Positions 33,971-42,877 of a stretch of DNA of 64,000 nucleotides are shown one piece after another. Source of the DNA: an uncultured Haloferula sp. Its GTDB lineage: Bacteria > Verrucomicrobiota > Verrucomicrobiia > Verrucomicrobiales > Akkermansiaceae. A model generated the notes under the pieces. It was not told where the DNA came from, did not search any database, and saw only the letters and a list, made by a program, of their open reading frames with translations. Numbering within the stretch: position 1 is the first letter of the stretch; every line of letters starts with the position of its first letter. The stretch is taken from assembly GCA_965652295.1 (NCBI GenBank), contig CBFGTS010000007.1, positions 161,873 to 225,872 on the forward strand, in the 5' to 3' direction. The position numbers and the translations under genes were made by a program.

Positions 33971-35434
33971 TCAGGGCATGGCCGCTTCGGGATAGCGGTG
34001 GAGGATGGCTTTCAATGCCTCAAGAGTCTCGGATTCCTTGGTCGCGAGATTACGGGTTTCTTCGGGGTCGCGCTGGTAGTCGTAAAGTTCGTAGCGGGCG
34101 GTGGAAGGGTCCTCTCCCGGCCTCTTCCATTCAACCATGCGGTAGCGGTCGGTACGGATGGCGCGACCCAAGGTGCCGCGGGGGAAGGCGTGATAAACGT
34201 GGTCGGTCACCCGCGTTGCCGGGTCCTTGAGAACGGGAGTCAGGTCGTTGCCATCAAGCGGCTGGGGAACCTCGGGTTCCGGCAGACCGGCGAGGGCGGC
34301 GAGGGTGGGATAGATATCGACGGTTTGGGCCAGCTGGCCGGTGACGGTGCCGGCCTTGGTGATGCCCGGAGCCCGGATCATCAGGGGGATGCGGTTGGCC
34401 TGCTCGTAGTTGGTGTGCTTCGTCCAGGTCCCGTGATCGCCGAGGTGGAAACCGTGATCGCCCCAGATGAGAACGATGGTGTTTTCCGAAAGCTTCAGCC
34501 GATCCAGCGCATCCAGCACCTTGCCGGCTTGGGCGTCGGCATAACTCGTGGCTGCATAGTAGCCATGGATGAGTTGACGGGTGAGCCGGCGGTCAGTGTG
34601 GCCGTTTTCGGGGACCGGCTTGTAGTTGGAGATCTCGCCGCCGTGCTTGTGGGCGACCTTCGGGCTGCCATCGGGAAATTCGGAGGTCTTCGGCATGGGA
34701 AGCTTCCGTGGATCGTGGAGGTCCCAGTATTTTTCCGGGACGGTGAACGGGAGGTGGGGACGGACGAAGCCGACGGCGATGAAGAAGGCCTCGCCGGTCG
34801 AGGCGGAGGATTCGAGACGCTTGATGGCTTCCTTGGCGACGCGGCCGTCGGCGTAGGCGTCGTCGGGGACGTCGGCGATTTCCCACGCCGGGCCCTTCGG
34901 CAGGTCGCGGATCGGGCGGTCGAGGATGTTGTTGAAGTAGGCTTCCTCACGGGTGAGTTTGCCGCCGGTCTGTTCCTTGTCGACGTACTCCACTTCGAAA
35001 TCCCGGAAGGGCTCGACCGACCATGAATCAGGATCGCCGTAGTTGCCGTGTCCGACGTGGAAAGTCTTGCCGAGCGACTGGGTTTTGTAGCCGTGCCTGC
35101 CGAAATACTGCGGCAGGGTGACGGCCTCGGGCAGGACGTTGCGGAGTTGCTGCTGGAGGTGATACAACCCGGTGGACGTCGAGCGGGAGCCCAGCATGAG
35201 GTTCTGGCGGGAGGCGGCGCAAACGGCCTGGTTGCAGTAGGCTTTGTCGAAGCGGAGCGCCGTGCGGGCGAATTTATCGAGCTCGGGGGTCTTCGCGTGG
35301 TCGTCGCCATAGCAGCCGAGGGTCGGCTTGAGATCGTCGATCAGGATCAGCAGGACGTTGGGTTTCGTTTTGCCGAGGGCGGGGCCGCCTTGCAGCAGGC
35401 AGGCGAGAAATATCGGGAAAAGCCGGAGCATCAT
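33971..35434 (-). CDS. Sulfatase, iduronate-2-sulfatase-like
   Basis: NVLLILIDDLKP, CAASR, GFVRPHLPF, WGDHGFHLGDHG. Confidence 0.93.
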   Translation of the reverse strand: MMLRLFPIFLACLLQGGPALGKTKPNVLLILIDDLKPTLGCYGDDHAKTPELDKFARTALRFDKAYCNQAVCAASRQNLMLGSRSTSTGLYHLQQQLRNVLPEAVTLPQYFGRHGYKTQSLGKTFHVGHGNYGDPDSWSVEPFRDFEVEYVDKEQTGGKLTREEAYFNNILDRPIRDLPKGPAWEIADVPDDAYADGRVAKEAIKRLESSASTGEAFFIAVGFVRPHLPFTVPEKYWDLHDPRKLPMPKTSEFPDGSPKVAHKHGGEISNYKPVPENGHTDRRLTRQLIHGYYAATSYADAQAGKVLDALDRLKLSENTIVLIWGDHGFHLGDHGTWTKHTNYEQANRIPLMIRAPGITKAGTVTGQLAQTVDIYPTLAALAGLPEPEVPQPLDGNDLTPVLKDPATRVTDHVYHAFPRGTLGRAIRTDRYRMVEWKRPGEDPSTARYELYDYQRDPEETRNLATKESETLEALKAILHRYPEAAMP

Positions 35435-35559
35435 GGGTAGCAGGTTACTTTCGCGAAGGGCCCGGGTGTTGCAGCAATTCTCCGGGTGCTCGGGGAATCT
35501 GGCGCATAAAATCACCGACGCCGTCGGGTGCGTTGCTTGCCAAGTGATGCGCGGCGGCT

Positions 35560-36312
35560 ATGGATCGAGCCCCTCCGATGGACTCCTCGACCTCCTCAAT
35601 CCATTCGAAATCCTCCGGTCTGAAAAAAGCTTTCAGCACCCTGCTGGCCGGCGTGGCATCGGTGATTCCGATTCTTGCCACGCTTTGGATCCTCGTCCTC
35701 CTCTACAAAATCCTCGGCCAGGCGGGCGACGCGATCATCGGAGGGGTTTACGATTTCCTCAACCAGCTCCGCGGTCAAAGCCAGGCGGATCCCGGATACT
35801 GGCGTTTCGAGTTTCCGGGCTCGGAGTTTCTCCGCGCGCTGCTGCCGGTGATGATCGTTTTCGGGGTCGGCTTCGCGGTCACCAACTCGCTCGGCAGGCA
35901 CATCCTTCACTGGATCGAGCTCCGCTTCGAGCGGATCCCGGTCATCGGGTTTCTCTACTCCTCGATCCAGCAGCTGGTGGAAGCGTTGAAGAGCATGGGC
36001 TCGGAGCGGAAATTCAAAGGCGTGGCTTTCGTCGAGTATCCCAGCCCCGGCTGCCGGCTGGTCGGTTTCGTCACGGGCTCGTTTCACGACACACGCACCG
36101 GCACCGACGTCACCTCGGTCTTCCTCCCCACGGCCCCGAACCCGCTCAGCGGGTTTGTGGTGCTGATGGACAACGACCGTGTCACGATGAGTGACATGAC
36201 CTTGGAGGAGGCCAGCAAGCTGATCATTTCCGGAGGCTTGGTGGCACCCGATCCCGGCAAGATGAGTTCACTCCGACCCGTGGACGGCGGCTCGCCTCCT
36301 CAGAGAGTCTAA
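35560..36312 (+). CDS. DUF502 domain membrane protein
   Basis: RIPVIGFLYSSIQQL, VEYP, VFLPTAPNPLSGF, IISGG. Confidence 0.88.
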   Translation: MDRAPPMDSSTSSIHSKSSGLKKAFSTLLAGVASVIPILATLWILVLLYKILGQAGDAIIGGVYDFLNQLRGQSQADPGYWRFEFPGSEFLRALLPVMIVFGVGFAVTNSLGRHILHWIELRFERIPVIGFLYSSIQQLVEALKSMGSERKFKGVAFVEYPSPGCRLVGFVTGSFHDTRTGTDVTSVFLPTAPNPLSGFVVLMDNDRVTMSDMTLEEASKLIISGGLVAPDPGKMSSLRPVDGGSPPQRV

Positions 36313-37388
36313 CGCCGCTTGTGGATCTGGAGGTTCGCCTGCCCAGGGCGCATGTGGTAGCCGGAGCCGAAGGGAATCTCGGGGGCCGCGCCGCCGATGG
36401 TGTCGTAGGCGGCGGCGAGTTCGGGCTGGCGGTGCTTGGCGAAAAGGGCGATCGGACGCTCATAGCTGCCTAGGAGCGTGGTGTTCCATGCGGCCTGATC
36501 GAAATACCGGTAGGGGATGCCTGAATCATCCTGAAGCACCACCCCGGCCTTGTTGAGGGTCCAGCTGCGGATCTGCGAAAACGACGAGTCGTGTGGCAGA
36601 TAGGAGGCGGCCTTGAAATACACCGCACCGCCGGCATAGCGGTCGAGCCACGACTGGAAGGCCCCGTCGAAGCCGCCGTTGGAGAGATCGCACGAGACGT
36701 AGAGGGCGCGCTTGGAGCCGCCGTTGGGGCCTTGGAAGCGGATCTCGACACCTGAGCGGCCGGCGGCGTCGATGCTCGAAACGCTATCGATCCGGGCACC
36801 CGTGAGCGCGAGCGAGGCGAGGAGGATCGGCGTGGCCGGCGGGGATTTCCGCATGTCCTCGGTGATGAAATAGCCGTGGAGGATCGGCTCCTCCAGCACG
36901 TGGGAAAGACTGTTCAGGAGGGGCGTGGGGTTTTCTCCCGCCAGATCCGGCACCGAGCCGACTTTTTCCAACCCGAGCAGCACGTAGGTGGAGGCCTTCG
37001 GGAACATCGAGGTGGCATGGAGGATGTCCGGTCCGCCGAAGGGATAGACCACCGTGGAGGGCGAGCCCATGAAGTTGCGGGTGGTGGTGTAGAAATACTG
37101 CGCCTGCCGTACCGTGCGTTTCACGCCGGCGTTCCGCCAGCGCATGTCCATGGTCAGCGCATGGGTGTGGTAATCGCCATCGCGGCGCTGCCAGCGGGAA
37201 AGCTGCGAACCGCTCGTGACCGGCCGGCCGGCGAGGAAGCGGGCGATGTCATCGACGGAGGCCTCGCCCTCAACGACCTGGAAGTCGCGGGCGGGATGGA
37301 GGGCGGTGACGGGCCCGTCTGTGGGCGGGATTTCCGGGCTGCAGGCGACGAGGGCGAACGCGGGCAGGAGCGCGAGGAGGCGTTTCAT
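36309..37388 (-). CDS. Hypothetical lipoprotein
   Basis: Lipobox LVAC; YPFGGPD, KAASYLPH, QDDSGIPY, PFGSGY; start overlaps the permease stop. Confidence 0.8.
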   Translation of the reverse strand: MKRLLALLPAFALVACSPEIPPTDGPVTALHPARDFQVVEGEASVDDIARFLAGRPVTSGSQLSRWQRRDGDYHTHALTMDMRWRNAGVKRTVRQAQYFYTTTRNFMGSPSTVVYPFGGPDILHATSMFPKASTYVLLGLEKVGSVPDLAGENPTPLLNSLSHVLEEPILHGYFITEDMRKSPPATPILLASLALTGARIDSVSSIDAAGRSGVEIRFQGPNGGSKRALYVSCDLSNGGFDGAFQSWLDRYAGGAVYFKAASYLPHDSSFSQIRSWTLNKAGVVLQDDSGIPYRYFDQAAWNTTLLGSYERPIALFAKHRQPELAAAYDTIGGAAPEIPFGSGYHMRPGQANLQIHKRR

Positions 37389-38635
37389 GATTTCGGTTTC
37401 GGAAGGATGAACCAGATTAGAGCACAAGCCAGCGCGGTGGCGAGCCCCGCGCCGACGGGTTTCGGTTCGGCGACGATCGAACGGACGATGACGAACGAGG
37501 TGAAAGCGAGGAACACCACGGCCGCGGCGACCGGCTTTTTCCCGGCAAGACGGAAAACCCCGGCGGCCACCAGCAGGGTGCAGAGCGTGAGGCCGGTCTG
37601 GGTGTAGACGACCAGCTCGCGGAAATCGCTCAGCAGGGTGAAGGCGATCGCCAGTCCGGTCTGGATGAAGAGGGGGATCCGCGGGGTGCCGGCATCGCGG
37701 GCGAGAAACGCGAGCGCGGGGACGTTCCGGCCCATCGCGGCGAGAACCCGCGGGCCGGCCCAGAGCATCGCGCTGACTGAGGCGAAGAGGCCGACGGCGA
37801 ACAGCGATGAGACCCACCTGCCGGCTTCCTTGCCGAAAAGATGACTGGCCGCAATTTCCCCGACCGCGTTCTGGCCGCGCAGGGCTTCGACCGGGGCGGC
37901 GCGGAGGAAGGCGAGGTTCAGAGCGATGTAGAGGACGGTGACGAAGGCGGTGCCGCCGACCAGCGCCCGTCGCACGGTCCGCGCGGGTTTGTCCCATTCC
38001 TCCAGCCCATAAACCGCCGCGTTCCAGCCGGAGTAGGAGTAAAAGACAAAGTAGAGCGCCACTGCGAAGGCCGGCTGCCAGAGCCCGGCGGCATCGCGGG
38101 CGAGGTCGGGCGTCCAGCGGATGTCGCCCTTGCCCGGCAGGATCATCGCGGCGGCGATGAAGAGCGCGATGAGTCCGAGCTTGATGCCCGTGGAAACGAT
38201 CTGGACCCGCGCACTGGTGGTGGCGTTGAAGGCGTGGGCGAGCGTGCCGAGAAGGATCACCAGCACCGCCGTCGAGGTGACCGGCACACTGGGGAAGGAG
38301 GCGTGAAGGTATTCGCCCAGAGCGATCGCACTGGCGGCCGTGGGTGCGGCGAAGCCGACGATGGCCGAGAGCAGCCCGGCCATGAAACCCAGTGCCGGAT
38401 GGAAAAGGGCGGTCAGGAAATGGTGTTCTCCGCCGGACCGCGGATGCGCCTCCGCCACTGAGGCGTAGCAGAAGGCACCGCACAGAGCCACCAGCCCGCC
38501 GATCGCCCACAGCAGCACGATCTGCGGGCCGGAATCGAGCCCCGCCAGCTGATAGCCCAGCGAGGTGAACACGCCCGTCCCGATCATCGAGGCGATCACA
38601 AGGGCGGTGGCGGCAGCGAATCCGGGCTTGGGCAC
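37385..38635 (-). CDS. Amino acid permease (APC family)
   Basis: MIGTGVF, PRSGGE, YSYSGWNA; about 12 TM. Confidence 0.92.
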   Translation of the reverse strand: MPKPGFAAATALVIASMIGTGVFTSLGYQLAGLDSGPQIVLLWAIGGLVALCGAFCYASVAEAHPRSGGEHHFLTALFHPALGFMAGLLSAIVGFAAPTAASAIALGEYLHASFPSVPVTSTAVLVILLGTLAHAFNATTSARVQIVSTGIKLGLIALFIAAAMILPGKGDIRWTPDLARDAAGLWQPAFAVALYFVFYSYSGWNAAVYGLEEWDKPARTVRRALVGGTAFVTVLYIALNLAFLRAAPVEALRGQNAVGEIAASHLFGKEAGRWVSSLFAVGLFASVSAMLWAGPRVLAAMGRNVPALAFLARDAGTPRIPLFIQTGLAIAFTLLSDFRELVVYTQTGLTLCTLLVAAGVFRLAGKKPVAAAVVFLAFTSFVIVRSIVAEPKPVGAGLATALACALIWFILPKPKS

Positions 38636-38695
38636 GGTTCACTTGAAGCCCGGCCGGATGGGAAACGCCACGGGAAAAATCGAGTGGCGGTGGAT

Positions 38696-39022
38696 TCAAA
38701 TCAGCCAAGCATCATGGCCCATCCAAAGAACATCACGCATATTCATTAGAAGAAACTGCCAGTGGACGATCAGAAAAAACCATCCGATCAACCGTTCCGG
38801 CAACGGGCTGTGGCGAGCGCGAAGCTGATAGTAGAGGAGCACGCCAAACGTGGGAATCACCGTTACCGACGTCAGCAAACCGCTGTGTCCGCACGCGCAC
38901 AGCGTCGGCGGTATCCAGATCAGATTCAACAGCGTGAACATGACGCCGAGGCGAAGCATGGGAGCGGGAGGAACTCGTAAAGCCGAACGTCGCGAAGATT
39001 GGCGCGAATCTCTCGTGTTCAT
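38696..39022 (-). CDS. Small hypothetical membrane protein
   Basis: Three hydrophobic segments; ATG overlaps the upstream stop; lower GC. Confidence 0.5.
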   Translation of the reverse strand: MNTRDSRQSSRRSALRVPPAPMLRLGVMFTLLNLIWIPPTLCACGHSGLLTSVTVIPTFGVLLYYQLRARHSPLPERLIGWFFLIVHWQFLLMNMRDVLWMGHDAWLI

Positions 39023-39285
39023 TCTATGGTCAAGACTGAGAGGAGAAACAAGAGAACGGAAATCAGGTGAACCCCGAGGAGAAGCCGGCATGCGATCTTG
39101 ATCCATGTATCACCTCGGCGAGCCGCAATTTCTCCGGCCTGTTGCCAATCGATCCAGAAGGAGACGCCCAAATTTGCTCCCGGGGTGTAGCCCTCTCCGT
39201 GTTTCACGCAGTAGGGCCTGAGAACGACGAGCCAGGTTAGGAACGGCAGGATCAGGTTGGTGAAGAAAAGGATAAGGATCCACAT
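39019..39285 (-). CDS. Small hypothetical membrane protein (2 TM)
   Basis: MWILILFF...GYTPGAN...WIDWQQA, 88 aa. Confidence 0.55.
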   Translation of the reverse strand: MWILILFFTNLILPFLTWLVVLRPYCVKHGEGYTPGANLGVSFWIDWQQAGEIAARRGDTWIKIACRLLLGVHLISVLLFLLSVLTIE

Positions 39286-39445
39286 GCGAACGATGGAAGC
39301 TGTCCAAAATCGCGGAGCGAAACAACCATCCTTTCCACAGGTGTTCGAGCGACGCGCAAGCATCAAGAACCGCGGCGATAACCCGGAAAGGGTAGCCATT
39401 TTTCTGATCAAAATCCGGGGGTTTGGGGGTTTGAATCGGGGCGTG

Positions 39446-41260
39446 ATGTTTGCCCTGCGTTTGCTGCTCGTTTTTTCCGCCATCCTGCCGCTTTCGGCCG
39501 AGGTGAGCCTGCGCGAGCGGGGCGACGAGGTAATCCTGAAGAACTCGAAGGTCGAGGTGACGGTCAACAAGCGGAACTCGACGATCACCTCGATCCGCAT
39601 GGGCCGCCACGAAATGGTCGGAGGCAAGCCGATCTACTACAGCATGGGCGGCGGCAGCGGCTATCGCCAGCCGGGCGGGGCGGAATTCCGGATCGTCGAG
39701 GATTCGGAGCGGATCGCCCATGTCGCCTTCCTGCAGAAATGGAAGAGGGGGACGCCGCAGGAGGTGGACATCGAGATCCACTACGCGCTCACGCCGGACG
39801 AGTCGGGGGTTTACACCTACGGCATCCTCAATCATCCGGCCGACTACCCGAGCGGCGGGGTGGGGGAGTGGCGGATGGTCTGGGGGATGCCGGCGAAGAA
39901 CGACCGCGAGTGGCTGATGGAGAAGATCCGCGTGGACGAACTGCGCGACTGGGAAATGCCCTCGCCTGCCGACCTCGCGAAGGCCGAGCCGACCGGCATC
40001 AAGGAAATCATCGAGATCACCCGCGGGCCGCGGAAGGGGCGCTTCGATTGCAAATACGACTTCAACCTGGAGTACTACTCGGTCGGTTGCTGGGGCCATG
40101 CGAGCGACAAGAACCGGGTCGGCGCGTGGATCGTGCTGCCGAGTTACGAGTTCTTCAACGACGGGCCCACGAAGCAGGACCTGTCGTCGGCGTCGGGGAT
40201 CATCCACATCCACTTCGGCATGAACCATTACAACGGTTCCGGGACCAAGGTCACCGAGGGCGAGGCATGGCGGAAGATCTACGGGCCGTACCTGCTCTAC
40301 TGCAACGAGGGTGGCGATGCCGATCAGCTCTGGGACGATGCCCGGAAAAAGGCGGCTGCGGAGCGCGCGAAATGGCCGTATCCGTGGGTAGAGGACGAGG
40401 AACTCTATCCGCCCGCGGAGAAGCGCGGTAGCGTCGGTGGGCGGCTGGTCATCAACGATCCGCTCAAGCCCGGGGTCTCCGCCGCCGGAGCCTGGGTCGG
40501 ACTTTCCCAACCGCCACCGGGCGGAAACTGGCAGTTCGAGTCGAACCACTACCAGTATTGGACCAAGGCGGCGGAGGACGGCTCGTTCTCCATCCCGCAC
40601 GTGCGTCCCGGCGAGTATACCTTCACGGCATTCAACGATGGCGTCGTCGGTGAATTCGAGATCGCCGGAGCGAAGGTGAACGCGGGTGACAACCAGACGG
40701 GTACGATCGTTTGGGACGTCGAGCATGCGGGGAAAACCATTGCCTGGGAGATCGGTGTGCCGAACCGCAGGGCCGACGAGTTCCGCCTCGGGAAGGACTA
40801 CTTCCACGGCTACGTCTGGACGCGCTTTTCCGAGGAGTTGAAGAATCCGCTGGTCTTCACCGTGGGGAAATCCGATCCGGCGACCGAGTGGAACTTCGCC
40901 CAGGGCGCTTACCTCGATGGTGACAAGTGCGAGTCCTGGCCATGGGAGGTGAGGTTCCGGATCGAGGACGACTACGATCGCAACGGCACCGCCCATCTGG
41001 TGCTGGCCTGGGCGTCGTCGGAGAGCGCGCGGGTCGAAGTCGATGTCAATGGCGAGCACGTCGCCCGGATTTACCCGAAGGCCAGCGGCGGCAATGCGCT
41101 GTTGCGCGAGGGAATCCACGCGAAATACAGCTACGACGTCATTGAATTTCCCGCGCGCGAACTGAAGCGGGGCACCAACCGCATCACCCTGACGCAAGGC
41201 CGCAACAGCGGCGCCGCCAACCACGTGATGTACGACTACCTGGCGCTGGAGCTGCCCTGA
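39446..41260 (+). CDS. Rhamnogalacturonan lyase (polysaccharide lyase family 4)
   Basis: Signal peptide; KYD, GPTKQDL, HY, WRKIYGPYLLY, YQYWT, VRPGEY, WEIGVPNR, MYDYLALE. Confidence 0.9.
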   Translation: MFALRLLLVFSAILPLSAEVSLRERGDEVILKNSKVEVTVNKRNSTITSIRMGRHEMVGGKPIYYSMGGGSGYRQPGGAEFRIVEDSERIAHVAFLQKWKRGTPQEVDIEIHYALTPDESGVYTYGILNHPADYPSGGVGEWRMVWGMPAKNDREWLMEKIRVDELRDWEMPSPADLAKAEPTGIKEIIEITRGPRKGRFDCKYDFNLEYYSVGCWGHASDKNRVGAWIVLPSYEFFNDGPTKQDLSSASGIIHIHFGMNHYNGSGTKVTEGEAWRKIYGPYLLYCNEGGDADQLWDDARKKAAAERAKWPYPWVEDEELYPPAEKRGSVGGRLVINDPLKPGVSAAGAWVGLSQPPPGGNWQFESNHYQYWTKAAEDGSFSIPHVRPGEYTFTAFNDGVVGEFEIAGAKVNAGDNQTGTIVWDVEHAGKTIAWEIGVPNRRADEFRLGKDYFHGYVWTRFSEELKNPLVFTVGKSDPATEWNFAQGAYLDGDKCESWPWEVRFRIEDDYDRNGTAHLVLAWASSESARVEVDVNGEHVARIYPKASGGNALLREGIHAKYSYDVIEFPARELKRGTNRITLTQGRNSGAANHVMYDYLALELP

Positions 41261-41271
41261 TGCGGGCCTAG

Positions 41272-41493
41272 CAGCCTGTTGAAAACCCCGCACGGCCCCG
41301 CCGCCTGGATTTTTGATAGGTGGAGTGCGCTTCGCGGATCTGAGATGGTCGGCGGCCCTGACGGACAGAACCCCTTGAAGATGTTGGCTGCGTTGCTTGT
41401 CGGCCCCGCGGCCGCGGGGTCCACTTCCTCCGCGCGCCTTGCCGACATCTTCAAGGGATTCTGCGGGACCATCCGGGGTTTTTCAACAGGCTG
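41272..41493. mobile_element. 222-bp MITE with IS5/IS1182-like terminal inverted repeats and CTAG target duplication
   Basis: CTAG-CAGCCTGTTGAAAACCCC ... GGGGTTTTTCAACAGGCTG-CTAG; internal inverted repeat at about 41366-41463. Confidence 0.85.
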
Positions 41494-41510
41494 CTAGTCG
41501 GCCACCCGAC

Positions 41511-41540
41511 GAAAAAAGCCCGCCGGTGAAGGCGGGCTTG
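41511..41540 (-). terminator. Rho-independent terminator of the ABC/GldG operon
   Basis: Minus strand AAGCCCGCC-ttcacc-GGCGGGCTT followed by a T-run. Confidence 0.8.
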
Positions 41541-41556
41541 GGAGATGAGGGCTGGA

Positions 41557-42849
41557 TCACTCGTCGCTGGCCGGCGGCATGGGCGGGATCTCGATCGGCG
41601 GCGTGACGGCCTGAACGGGCCGCCGCGGCGGCTGGCCGGGAGAGGGTGGGGTTGCCTGCGCGTTGCCGTTGGCGGGGGTGGCCGACTTGATCAGGCCGGT
41701 GCGGTCCTTGAGCAGCGGCTCGACGGTGTATTTGCTGACCTTGAAGACGCGGCCTTCGAGCTTGCGGGCGGTGGCCAGGGTTTCCTCGATGGCTTTCTTG
41801 CGCTCGGCAAAGGCTTCGTCGGCCTTCTTGGCGTCTTCCTCGCTTTCGCCCTCGGGCTTGTTGCGCTCCTTGGGTGCCTCGCCGGTGACGGTGACGGTCA
41901 TGGCGTAGCTCTCGGTGGCGGGAGCATCTTCGGCATTCTCGGTTTTCTCCGCCTCCATCGGACCGAAAGTGACGTGGTAGGTGAGGCCCTCGAAGGTCTT
42001 GATCACCGTGGTGCGGCGTTGGTCCTTTTTCCACACCTCGTCGGCCTTGTCGGCCGGGATCACGTCCTCGAAGCGGGCGTAGGAAAAGAGGCTCTTCAGG
42101 GGAGTCAGCGCGGTGGTGTCGAGTTCCTCGTTGTCGGCCTTGCCCACCAGCGAGAACTCGCCGTTCTCATTGTCGCGGGTGACTTCCCAGGCGGTCTCGT
42201 TTTCCTCGCCGGGCTTGCTGACCTGGATCGACTGGATTTTCTCGACCTTGAGGAAGGTGTCATCGAGCCAGCGCTCGACCATCACGGTGAGGGTCGGAAA
42301 GACCTCGCTGGTGACGTAGACGCCGGAGTCGTCGGCGTGGTTCATCACGAAGCGTCCGGACGCTCCGCCGCCGAAGGGGCTCATCGGGTTGCTGGCGGCT
42401 TCGAGGTTTTTGCCGAAGGTCAGGTGGGCGAGTTCCTTGCCGGCGGCGTCGGCGAGGATGAGCTCGGTGCCTTGCTCTTCTTCCTCGTCGGCTTCGGGGT
42501 CCATGCCGAAACGCGGGGCGAAGGAGGGATCGGCCTCGATGCCCTGGGTGACCTTGACCTCATCGATGGTGCGGAGGAGGTCGTTGATGTTGGAGACGTT
42601 GGCCGGGTAGCCATCGCGCTCGGCGACGGTCCAGGTGTCTTCCGTTTGGGTGAGGGTGACGGTGTCTTCGCCCCGCTGGATGGTGACCTTGGCGACCTGC
42701 TCGGCGGGGAAATCCTGCAGCAGGGTATCGCCGCGGTCGCGGGCGGTGGCGCTTTCAAAGTCGTCCGACTTCGAGGATTTCACCACCACCAGTGCCAGGA
42801 CGAGGACGGCGGCGACGATCCAGAGGACAATGACTTGTTTCTTGCTCAT
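41557..42849 (-). CDS. DUF4340 domain protein
   Basis: N-terminal TM, GYPAN motif; last gene of the Gld-like ABC operon. Confidence 0.8.
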   Translation of the reverse strand: MSKKQVIVLWIVAAVLVLALVVVKSSKSDDFESATARDRGDTLLQDFPAEQVAKVTIQRGEDTVTLTQTEDTWTVAERDGYPANVSNINDLLRTIDEVKVTQGIEADPSFAPRFGMDPEADEEEEQGTELILADAAGKELAHLTFGKNLEAASNPMSPFGGGASGRFVMNHADDSGVYVTSEVFPTLTVMVERWLDDTFLKVEKIQSIQVSKPGEENETAWEVTRDNENGEFSLVGKADNEELDTTALTPLKSLFSYARFEDVIPADKADEVWKKDQRRTTVIKTFEGLTYHVTFGPMEAEKTENAEDAPATESYAMTVTVTGEAPKERNKPEGESEEDAKKADEAFAERKKAIEETLATARKLEGRVFKVSKYTVEPLLKDRTGLIKSATPANGNAQATPPSPGQPPRRPVQAVTPPIEIPPMPPASDE

Positions 42850-42877
42850 GGTCTGAAGGGTAAGGGGTTGTGAGGGT

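Noticed and set aside
37389..38708. N-terminal 440 aa of the 799-aa ORF
   Set aside because: Alternative frame over the APC permease; the real gene starts at the lipoprotein signal at 37388
39110..41293. 727-aa minus-strand ORF
   Set aside because: Antisense shadow of the PL4 lyase
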